DNA of 64,000 nt from Octopus bimaculoides (lineage: Eukaryota): the NCBI RefSeq assembly GCF_001194135.2, contig NC_068982.1, positions 39,371,991-39,435,990 of the forward strand. Direction: 5' to 3'. This document shows positions 52,691 through 64,000 of this stretch, in pieces (the stretch's first letter is position 1; every line of letters starts with the position of its first letter). Both the position numbers and the translations under genes were made by a program. A model generated the notes under the pieces. The model saw nothing but the letters and a program-made list of their open reading frames with translations. It did no database searches and was not told the origin of the DNA.

Positions 52691-53851
52691 ATATATACAC
52701 TCAAAATTACATTATTCTTAACTGAAGAAAACAGTTTTATATAGTAATCTTACTTTTGTTGAGGAATATCATATTTGAAACTATTTTTTCGTTGAGATAT
52801 GTCAAGTTTACTGAGACAACGTGAACTGCAGATATTACCAATTCTATTTTTTTTTGGTAGACAGTTGTCATCATTAATGGAATAATCATGAAATTTAATC
52901 TCGCATTTAAAGAACTAAAGTAGTCATAAAGAAAATTTGGTAGCGTCTTTCAATAATAGAACTGAATAACTTTATTTTTCGTACTTGACTGATTGATGCC
53001 CACAAACCCAACTAAAAGACTATAATGTCACAGAAATTTTGTTTAAGTGTTGCAGACTTTTACAAGTATATTGAATATAGTTAATATCTATAACGATATC
53101 TAAAGGCACAACATTTTCATTTCTAACCAGGAATATGCTGAAGGTCAACTATAGATTTATTTAATAAAATTCATGTTGCAGACTGGTACCTGGTGCAGTT
53201 GTAATATTGATGTTAACACAAGTTATTGACTTCGAGAATCGTCATAAAAGTATAATAAATAGTATGGAAAATTTGAGCAAGCACCGAATCTCTACGTTTT
53301 GACTTGAGATTATGTGGAGGTCAGTTTGCTTTTCACCCCACCTGAATTAATAAAACAATGAACAAGATATGTACTAGATTCAATTTAGCTAACTATCAGC
53401 ATCCACCACAAATTTATACCATTGTTCTGAACATTAAAATAGAAAACAATCAAAAGGGATGTATGAAAAATAATTTCTTTATAGATAACATGTTTTTTTA
53501 TGTTCAGGAAAGCAAATTATTATACGTGATACATTGTATCGTATTTGTACGGAGATCATAGAAACTATTTAAAGCTGAAACACCTGGGAGGCTAAAATAC
53601 TTATTTTTCTAAAGGTAGGGTTATATATTCATGCTAAAATAAGAGATTTATGTAGATATCAAACAAAATATTTGATATGCACATAATGAAATTAAGAATG
53701 AATGGTTGTAAAATCGTATTTGAAAAGATGCTGAAGCTGTTGATGCAAATCGATATTTTCAATCCTGTTACTCCTACACATATCCTACAAAAGGTACACC
53801 AAATAGAAGACACATACACCCACACGCACGCACGCACGAACGCGCACGCAC

Positions 53852-53894
<43 letters not shown>

Positions 53895-56180
53895 AGAACA
53901 CATGCACACAGGCACATACACATATATGCTGAGTGTATGTGGATATATGTATGCATAAATAAGTATGTAAGCAGTTGTTAATAAATATATACACATGCAC
54001 ATATACATCTATTTATGTATGTATGTATGTATGTATGTATGTATCTATCTATCTATCTATCTATTTATCTATTTATCTATCTATTTATCTATCTATCTAA
54101 GTATCTGTCTGTCTGCAGAAATTTTACATATACATCTATCTATCAATCGTGCGTGTTTGTGTATGTGTGTGTGTGATTCATTTAGTTTACCGTCTATTCA
54201 GAAAGAAGAACATTCGGATTTGTAATGAGTGGAATACACTTCCATATGTCTATTTTGTAGAGCAGATTACACCGCAACGAAAAAAGTCCAAAAACCAATA
54301 ACTATCTCATATACATGTTGGAATGATATTTGATTTATTTGCATTGGAAAAATAAACTACAGAAAAAAAAAAACCGCTCTTAATTTCCACCTTCTGAAAA
54401 TAATTTTATTAAACATTCCACTTCACTTGTATAATTCATGCTGAATATATTGCTGGTCCCATTGATTTTTTTTCTTTCATATAACGCGGCTTCATCCTCA
54501 AATTTTAGTGGTGGTCTCTTTCCGATGCATAATTCTACTTGTATCTTGCAGTTTTATTCCTTAGATCAAATATAGTTTTAGATGAATCTCCCTAAGACAA
54601 CTTGGAAAAATTCCAATTAATAGTACAAGAAATAAAACATATTATTGTCATAATCTGACAATGATTGAAAGAAATATATATCAATGCATTTCCAGTAATC
54701 GATTCTATCATATTTTCTAAGGACAATCCCGGTAGATTTAATGTATGAACATCTCCTCATATACTACTCCTTTTATACTGTTAGCAGGGAAATTAGTTCT
54801 TGGATACATGTTAGAAAGCATCGTCTATAAATCTGGCACTTTGGCTATGTGAAACTAAAAATGTATCCATTTAATAAGCTGAAAAAGAAAATTACTGTGA
54901 CTGCAAATATCCCACTCAACATACACCTACTGCGTGTAAATATATATACATACATATACACACTCACACACACGCACACACGCGCACACATACATACATT
55001 CTTACATCCACCCATCCATCCATCCATACATACATACATACAGATAGATAGATAGATAGATAGACGCATATATATATATATATATATAAACACAAGCACA
55101 CAAATATATACATATCTACATGCATAAGTACGTGAGTGTGGCAGGGTGCATTTCTTTTGATGAAACGCAAGCAACGTGCTTTTGCCATTGGTTATTTAAT
55201 CATTATTAATATTGTCATAAAAGATGTTTACTCTCTAAAATTATGATATTAATATTAATTGTTGTAAGGTGTAAAAGCTTCTAATACTGATTTCAAACTA
55301 TCGCCATATAGATCAATGTAGGAATTTAGTCAATTAATTCAACGCCAATTTCTTATTCACAGTCATGCTAGTGCTGCTTATATATTTCATTAACAAATTT
55401 TTGATACTTCTGTGAATTATTTTAACTAATAAATTCGACTTGGTTATGATATTAATTAAATATTACCGCTAGTAAAAATACATTTTCTAAAATGATAAAA
55501 GAAATTTGAAGGATTGCAGTGGTCCAAAAGGTTGGATGTTTGACTCATGCTTGTAGAATATGTGGTTTCGTGTCCCACGGGCAGCTCTCGACTTTATCTG
55601 TTCAAAGTTTTCTTTTTTTTTAATCTAATATGTACACTATATTATTTGTAGCTTTATCTACTTGGAGTTTCACCGTCCCAAATAAAATATTGCATTTTAG
55701 TTAGCGTATCATGTACTAAAGCTTAATATTGTTGCTGATATTGTTTAGGTCCAGGTTAATGTTAGATCGAGCAGATTTATCATCAAAACCTTTCTAATGT
55801 TGACCATTTCATACTTTTATATATCCAGAACAAAATCTTCCAATGTATCCATTTTTCTAAAGATAGTAGGGTGTAATCTATTTCTTTCTGATCGATGTAC
55901 CGCGTAAGAGTTCGTTCATTGACTCAAGATATCAATATTGTTTTATTATTAGGTTTTGAATTGGTAAAAATTGTAAATTCACCATATCGTTTAGATTCGA
56001 TGTTTTCATGCTTTGGATCTATTCCAAAACGCAGCCAGTCTTGTTTTGCAACCATCGGATACATACATACATACATACATACACACATGCATACATACAT
56101 ACGTACGTACATACGTACATACATACATACATACATACATACATAAATGCATATATATATATGTGTATGTATATATAAAT

Positions 56181-56676
56181 ACAAAATGGGACAAGAACGC
56201 AAAACATCCAGACAGTTAAGTGATAGAAGAAATGGACAAGAAAACATCCAGACAGACGATACAGAGAAAACAAGGACAGGTCATTCGGAGTTTTCTTTCC
56301 TCATTCGAGTTCCAGATTATCTTTGCAATTTCGGCTGGTTATACTCCAGATTGCTCCAATCTGGCTAGCCTCAAGGAAAAACTAAGCTAAGAGCATCAGA
56401 TTCCTTGGAAGAAAGCAGCGAATGTGTACGAAAACAAGGACGAAAAGAAGGGAGAAAATTACATAAATACGAATAACAGGACTAAGGACAAATTAGATTA
56501 AGCCGGGGTGTGTGGAAGTAAACCTTACGGCAGGGATACAAATTTTCACAGGTACAGGGAAGAATATAGATGTTGCACAGACAACGGCCGAACCAAGAAA
56601 GAAAATCAGGCTTGGCCGAACGCCGGTGACGTGGGAAGAGAAGAGAGGTAGAGGCAGAGAGACAAAAGAAATAAGG

Positions 56677-56680
<4 letters not shown>
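56181..56680. mobile_element. Unclassified interspersed repeat, possibly LTR/pseudo-LTR-like
   Basis: Complex segment between microsatellites with the internal direct repeat ggacaagaa..aacatccagacag. Recalled as an abundant octopus repeat. Confidence 0.4.
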
Positions 56681-56717
<37 letters not shown>

Positions 56718-56952
56718 NNNNNNNNNNNNNNNNNNNNNNNNNNNNNNNNNNNNNNNNNNNNNNNNNNNNNNNNNNNNNNNNNNNNNNNNNNNNNNNNNNN
56801 NNNNNNNNNNNNNNNNNNNNNNNNNNNNNNNNNNNNNNNNNNNNNNNNNNNNNNNNNNNNNNNNNNNNNNNNNNNNNNNNNNNNNNNNNNNNNNNNNNNN
56901 NNNNNNNNNNNNNNNNNNNNNNNNNNNNNNNNNNNNNNNNNNNNNNNNNNNN

Positions 56953-56995
<43 letters not shown>

Positions 56996-57080
56996 ATTGT
57001 GAAAAACTAAGTTCTTTTATACTAATTCTATTATCTACATGATATATCAAATTTGCAGCCAATATTACTTGACATATAAA

Positions 57081-57262
57081 GAGGAGAGTTAACAGAATCG
57101 TTAGCACGCCTTTGCGTTTTGTGTTCAAATTCTGTCGAAGTCGACTTTTCATTTCATCCTTTCAGGATCGATAAAATAAATACTAGTCGGGCACTGAGGA
57201 CGATTTAATCGACTTACGCCCTGTCCGAAATTACCTACCTTGTGCCAAAATTTAAAACCGAT
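57081..57262 (+). mobile_element. SINE family A, degenerate with a deletion
   Basis: cagaatcgttagcacgcc...gtcgacttttcatttcatcctttcaggatcgataaaataaa. Confidence 0.85.
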
Positions 57263-58954
57263 TTTATTTTGCATATAAAAATACCTGAATACCGGTGGCT
57301 GACATAATCTTTTGAATGCTGGAAAAAATCATTCCAGTTTGAATTATGTATCTTTAACTTATTAGTTCTAAACCACCTTCAAACTTCTATGGGCTCGACA
57401 AATAGGTACGAGGGACACTTTGCATCTGTAGGTTACGTACATCTATTAGATGTTTATGATTTTATTGTTTAAATAGAATACATCTTTGTTTTCGGAGTAC
57501 GTTTCAAATTCTGATGTGACTTTGATTCTTGTTTGATCCAAGGTCACTTATACCATTAATGCCGCCGAGAACATCACGCATCATTAATTTTCTCTCATAT
57601 ATCGTACAGAGTTGTCGTGATTAGTTATAATGAAGTCAATATGATTGTATGAGTTCACAAGGTATACATGACCGAGCTAGCAAAGAATGAAGTTACATGC
57701 TTTTTCTGTAACATTCCATCTTAGTCGGTTCTCATTTAAAATATTGTCGAGTAGTCTGTTATTCATTCCTTTTCGCTTTATCAAAACAGATACCAGTAAG
57801 AAACAATTAGGAATAAGATGATTCACTATTTGCTTAGTCAATGTAAATCAAACACATATATTGTACAAATCATTAAATAATTAAGCTTTTGATGTTCCAA
57901 GTGTGCGTCGAGTTTTTTTTTTCCCGCAAGTCTCTGTAAAGCATGAATAATAGATATATCGCAGAAGAAAATTGTGTTTAACTCAATTTCATTCTTAGGA
58001 TGTCTAGCTTATGTTTGTCGTTGTTGTTATTGTTACTTAGCTTCAGGTGAGCTGTAAGTGTGTGCCTTTATTTATATAAAAAAAAATTCCATTTTGTCTT
58101 ATTTTCAGAGATTATATCGCGGGACTATACTATCGGACGTGACCTTACTTTTTCTAAAATGATGAGATCTGATTCAAGGGAGATTTCACTGATATTTCTA
58201 CTAAACCAAGCTACCGTGGAGTGATATATTCATTGCATCGATTTTCATTGGATAACTCTTAAAATGAAAACACTTATGGCACACGTAGTTTCCAGAGTTA
58301 TTATTTATTTATTTGTCCTATATCAATGATTAAGAAAAGTTATTAGGTTACTAGAACTCACCATTAACTGATAACATTTTAAATATATTTCTAAATTTAT
58401 CTCTAATGCAAACAGAATCAGTGTCCCCTGCTGCGAGCACCATAAAGCAAGACTACATCTCCTAATGAGTGGAAAGGATCCATTTCATTTTCATTAAAAA
58501 AAACCAATTCCGTTCATTTTTTTAAGGCTTTCTCAGAGGTGGAAGAACTCTGTCTAGTTGAATAAACGAAGAAATATATGATCAGCCCGAACGTAACTCA
58601 AATGTTAAAAATTCAACTTCTTAAAACGTATGCAAGGAACCAGGTGGTGTTAATTAACTTTCTGATCGATAAGGGTCTGTTACATAAATTTATGTACCAC
58701 CCAAACAGACTTTCTTCTAGTTGCTTGTCTAACCAACTCTTTTCATTGAAAAGAGCTTGGCTGACCTTGAGGCAAAGATTGTGGATACGTTTTCAATGAG
58801 TTGAGCAGCGGACCTAACCTAGAACCATGTAATTGCGGAACTAATTTTTTAACCACACAGAGCACTATGATGTCATGCTCTTGGGTAATTCATGAATATT
58901 CTACAATATCATTTTCCTTGTTTGAAAGAAGGATTTTATTAGAGACTTAAATAA

Positions 58955-59645
58955 GGTGGCGAGGTAGCAGAATTTTAGCACGCCGGCTTAAATGATTATT
59001 AGCGGCATTTTACCTGTCTTTACTTTCAAATTCTGTCAAGGTCGACTTTGCAATTCATTCTTTAAGGGTCAATAAAATAAGTACTACTCGAGCATTGGAG
59101 TCAGTTTAATGCACTATTTTTCCTCCCACAAAATTTCAGGTCTTGTGCCTATAGAAGAAAGACTGTTAGGGATTTATATGAAGGCGGCGACTTGATAGAA
59201 TCGTCAGCACACCGGATAAAACGAGTAGCAGCGTTTCACTCATCTTTACGTACTCGATTTAAGTTCTGCTGAAGTCGACTGTACCTTTCGTTCTTTGGGG
59301 GTCGATGAAATAAGTAATAGTCGAGTACTGAGTCAATATAATGGACTATTCCCCCTCCCCCCGAAAAAAAATTCTTGTCTTGTACCTATAGTAGAAAGAT
59401 TATTAGGAATTTATATGAAGACGGTGAACTGGCAGAGTCGTTAGCACGCCGGACAAAATGCCTTGCGGCAGTTCATCCGGTTTTACGTATTAGAGCAAAT
59501 ACCTCCGAGTTTGATTTTGCCATTCATCCTTTCGGGGTGGGGGGGGGCAATGAAATAAGTACCAGATGAACAGTGGGGTTGATATAGTTGATTAGCCCAG
59601 TCCCCCAAAATGCAGGCCTTCCGTCTTATAATAGAAACATATTGA
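58955..59645 (+). mobile_element. Three head-to-tail SINE family A copies
   Basis: Units start at 58955, 59183 and 59420, with homologous spacers. Confidence 0.9.
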
Positions 59646-60267
59646 TTTATATTGTTGAGAAACGTTAGTTTATAACAATGAATACACCTCTGACATGCAA
59701 AAAGAAAAACGTCAAATAAGTGAAATGAATTTTCGATTGAGAGGACAGCAGTTTAAGTGTAATAGTATGTGTCAAACTGATGTCATTTAGAAACTAATTA
59801 ATCTGTTTGTAATCTCCTGCCTGACCTTGTCCCATATGAGAAAACAATACGGTCGAATGCTGATTTAGGTAAGCCACTGGCATGTCTTACACTTAAATAC
59901 AAACACACACATTCTGACGTAAGTCACATTGTAGACACATGTACACACACACATACACACATACTACATTCACACACACCACTGAAAACAAAGAGCCATA
60001 ACTGTGAGTATGTATGTACACGTGCATGTGTATATTCATGTATATGTGTATGTATGAATAACGCATAAATTAATGAATGATTGGCTCAATCTATCTATCT
60101 ATATATATGTGTGTCTGTCTATCTGTCTGTTTGCCTGCCTGTCTATCTATCTGTCTGTCTGCCTGTCTGCCTGTCTGTCTGTCTGTCTGTCTGTCTGTCC
60201 ATCTCTCTATCTGTATATCTTTCTATGTATGTATGTATGTATGTATACATGTAAGTACTTCTCTCTG

Positions 60268-60362
<95 letters not shown>

Positions 60363-61549
60363 GAAGTACATAGAGAAAATACATAAGGGAAATTACACAC
60401 ATACATGCAATCAATATGTGTGACTATGCGTATTTGAGTGATTGCATGCGTGTCTGAACACATGTTTCGGCTTTAATTTTCTAATTTTTACAATTTCGTA
60501 AATGTCAAATCTAATCTGTGATAGACCCATTTCAAAAATCGTAATTAATCAATTATATTAAATTATCAATCAGTTGTGCGATTAGAAGTTATTAATATCA
60601 AATATTTCAATTTAAATAATTAATTCATAAATTCCCTTCATGTACATTGTATCCACGTATTAAAGTGGCTGCTGTTCGTGTTTATAAAATATAGCTGGTG
60701 TATTTCCCCTCGTTGTGACTAAATGAAATGTGTAAAGACGTTGGAAAGTGAAATTCATCAGCAGGATGTAATTTCCGCCAAGTAAAACTTAATTCGGGTA
60801 TCACGTGCAATCGAAGGAACGTTAGCGCGCATCTGCTAGAAATAGCAGTGAAATCCCCTCAACTCACAGTTTATTTTATCGAAAGACGAAGAGCTCATTG
60901 AATATGTACTGTGTCGAAAAATAAAACAAAACAAAACAAGAAAAAAAAAACGATTTAGTGACAGAGAGTATATCTATGGTTCTTTATGTTAACGATTCCG
61001 AAAAAAAAAAATGAAAGACAAAATTAACCACAGCAGGATTTGAGCTCAGAACGTAAAGGGCTGAAAGAAATGACGCTAAACATTTTATGCCATGCTCAAC
61101 CATTCTCTCAGTGTCCGGAACAAAGACACTTCTGGCGCACTCCCCGGAATGACAAGCCAAAGGAAATTATGAACCCTCTCATACAGGGACCTGGAGTAAA
61201 CTACTCCACCCGTTGCTGCTCCTGTGACTCTGATATAAACAAACATAATGACAATTCAAATAACAATATTACTGCCAGTTTTTCCTTTGGTTTTTGATTA
61301 TTAATAATTTTAATTATATTTCCTGAATAAAACATCAGTTGTAATATCAGTATTGGCTTTTTTTAAAATTACAGACCTTATCATATTTCAGGCATGATGG
61401 GATGTCCTAACCGAAATCTGATTTACGCATAAAGTAAATAAGTTACAGCGCACAGCATTTCAGTCTAAAGTAGTCATTTGAAGTTACAAGAGATAGCCTT
61501 ATTCTGTTGCAATTGTATAACAATTTTTGCACTATTATCAACTGCCCGA

Positions 61550-61950
61550 ACACTTTGAAATCAACTTTGCGTTTTATCCTTTAGGGGTCGATAAAATAAA
61601 CTACGCCTTAAATACTGGGGTTAATATAACTGACTTGCACCCCTCGGCTCAAAATTGCTGGTTTTGTGCTAAAAATTGAAAAGAGTGAAGCGGATGATTT
61701 GTCAGAATCGTTATCGGACTGGGTAAAATGTTTATCAGCACCTCTTCCGGCTTTTTATGTTCTGAGTTCAAATGCCGCTGCGGAGTCGATCAAATCAGAG
61801 TCAATTGAGTACTGGTGCCGATGTAATCCATTTGTTCTCTCTTGTCAAAACTGTTGGTCTTGCTGCAAAATTTGAAACAATTGAGGTGGAGAGCTTGTAA
61901 AATCGTTAGTTCGCCAGATAAAATCAGTACCAGTCAAGTAAAAGGATCTA
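61550..61950 (+). mobile_element. Old tandem SINE family A fragments
   Basis: ttttatcctttaggggtcgataaaataaac; ttgtcagaatcgttatcggactgggtaaaatg...gagttcaaatgccgc. Confidence 0.75.
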
Positions 61951-62221
61951 GGTAATCAAATTATTAACAATCCATGTAGAAGTAAGGATCACTACTTTAC
62001 ACTACTAGTTTAACAGCATTAAAGTATATAGTTTTGTACTCTTCTATAACTACATCACGTCTTCCTTGGGTGGGTTTATTGGTCCTATTTATTGGTCTCA
62101 TAATATATGTTGATCCTATAATAAGAAATCAATTTCTGTTATTATATAGAGAATACTATGATATTCACTTCACCCTACTTGGAAAACTTGGCAGAAGACT
62201 AATTAATAGTTAACAGGAGGC

Positions 62222-62222
62222 A

Positions 62223-62311
<89 letters not shown>

Positions 62312-62334
62312 GACTGACTGTCTGTCTGTCTACT

Positions 62335-62389
<55 letters not shown>
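62222..62389. repeat. Compound (CTAT)n(CTGT)n(CT)n(CTAT)n microsatellite
   Basis: Seen directly. Confidence 0.97.
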
Positions 62390-62481
62390 NNNNNNNNNNN
62401 NNNNNNNNNNNNNNNNNNNNNNNNNNNNNNNNNNNNNNNNNNNNNNNNNNNNNNNNNNNNNNNNNNNNNNNNNNNNNNNNN

Positions 62482-62557
<76 letters not shown>

Positions 62558-62644
62558 AGCTGGAATTTACAGAAAAACAAAATACGATGACAGGTGTATA
62601 AACAGCAAACAGGTGTATTAGTTAACGCTCGAGAAGGTAAGAAG

Positions 62645-62685
62645 GTCTATTACGTTTCGAGCATACGCTCCCCAACAGAAAGGAA
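62645..62685 (-). ncRNA. Mutated hammerhead remnant with an intact stem II
   Basis: CTGTTGG-g-gagc(gtat)gctc-GAAA-cgt-A. The flanks are homologous to the 31.6-kb copy. Confidence 0.35.
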
Positions 62686-63043
62686 CACGATGAAATAAAC
62701 AGAGAGAATACAAACAATTTTGGAGCTAGCAGTCAGTCATGGCGGCTGGATGGACACAAGTAGTTAGACAGGAGAGCTAGAAAGGAGGGATAATAAAGTA
62801 TTGGTGATCCCAAAACGAAGGTGCGCGTGCGTGTAGATAGGTGCTGGTGACTTTGACGTGTGGATGTGTATGTGTGTAAGTACGTGCATCTGCAATGTGT
62901 GGGTGTGTGGATGATGGTGTGGGTGCTGGGAAGTGGTCAATGCTAGTGTGTGCGGGATGGTGTGATGTGGTGTGGTGATGTGTGGTATGGCATGATGTAG
63001 TGTGATGGTGTGGCGTGGTGGTGTGTACTGTTGCAATGTTATG

Positions 63044-63190
63044 GTGTGGGGATGTGAGGGTGGGGTGTGGAGATGTGAAGGTGGGGTGTGCAGATGTGAG
63101 TGTGGGGTGAGGATATGTGAGGGTGGGGTGTGGAGATGTGAGAGTGGGGTGTAGATATGTGAGGGTGGGGTGTGGGTTTGGGCTGTGGAT
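63044..63190. repeat. 21-bp G-rich minisatellite, about 5.5 copies
   Basis: Units gtggggtgtggagatgtgagg at 63060, 63081, 63102, 63123, 63144 and 63165. Confidence 0.93.
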
Positions 63191-63835
63191 GTNNNNNNNN
63201 NNNNNNNNNNNNNNNNNNNNNNNNNNNNNNNNNNNNNNNNNNNNNNNNNNNNNNNNNNNNNNNNNNNNNNNNNNNNNNNNNNNNNNNNNNNNNNNNNNNN
63301 NNNNNNNNNNNNNNNNNNNNNNNNNNNNNNNNNNNNNNNNNNNNNNNNNNNNNNNNNNNNNNNNNNNNNNNNNNNNNNNNNNNNNNNNNNNNNNNNNNNN
63401 NNNNNNNNNNNNNNNNNNNNNNNNNNNNNNNNNNNNNNNNNNNNNNNNNNNNNNNNNNNNNNNNNNNNNNNNNNNNNNNNNNNNNNNNNNNNNNNNNNNN
63501 NNNNNNNNNNNNNNNNNNNNNNNNNNNNNNNNNNNNNNNNNNNNNNNNNNNNNNNNNNNNNNNNNNNNNNNNNNNNNNNNNNNNNNNNNNNNNNNNNNNN
63601 NNNNNNNNNNNNNNNNNNNNNNNNNNNNNNNNNNNNNNNNNNNNNNNNNNNTATATATATATATATATATTTATATATACGTATATATATATGTACACAC
63701 ACACATACACACACGCACAAACACACACACACACATATATATATATACATAGATACATACAGATCGATCGATAGCTAGATAGATAGATAGATAAATATTG
63801 AAGGATATATAGGTATATGATATAATAGAAACGTA

Positions 63836-64000
63836 TGTATACGATGGGCTTCTGCATAGTTTCTGTTTACCAAATTCCGCTTTTTACATATTGATTAGCC
63901 CGAGATTATAGTAAAAGCCACTCACCTAAGATGTCACGCACTGTAGGGAGACCTGGAAACATATGTTTCCAAAACAAACTACTTAACCACACAGCCATAT
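63836..64000 (-). mobile_element. SINE family B head, degenerate
   Basis: cgatgggcttc...agtttctgtttaccaaattcc...accacacagccat. Confidence 0.8.

Noticed and set aside
56268-56312. ATGAGGA...GAAT hammerhead-like string
   Set aside because: C3 and A15.1 are both non-canonical and the stems are inconsistent.
58955-59645. CRISPR-like array
   Set aside because: The units are SINEs of about 200 bp in a eukaryotic context; no cas genes.
61100-61260. ORFs on both strands with acceptor-like sites
   Set aside because: No homology recognised; abuts a SINE fragment.

Overview
AT-rich, repeat-dense eukaryotic draft sequence with 13 N-gaps, most beside (TA)n/(CA)n tracts. The tRNA-derived SINE families and microsatellite load look like an octopus (coleoid cephalopod) genome; this is inferred from recalled repeat sequences, with no database check. 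I cannot name any host gene. Most ORF-track entries are microsatellite, SINE or gap artefacts. The best host-gene signal is a + strand exon candidate at 19470-19561 carrying an ATG and a hydrophobic, signal-peptide-like start (MYRFSALVLFS). Mobile DNA dominates: three tRNA-SINE families (nested, tandem and inverted copies), a decayed Dong/R4-type RT, a probable Dong/R4 3' end set in (TAA)n, Penelope-like RT and GIY-YIG relics, and two TIR-bounded MITEs (one hAT-type with an 8-bp TSD). The main finding is a set of type I hammerhead-ribozyme motifs of the Penelope pseudo-LTR kind. One at 33876-33931 is nearly intact and lies downstream of a GIY-YIG relic. All six credible motifs are on the minus strand.
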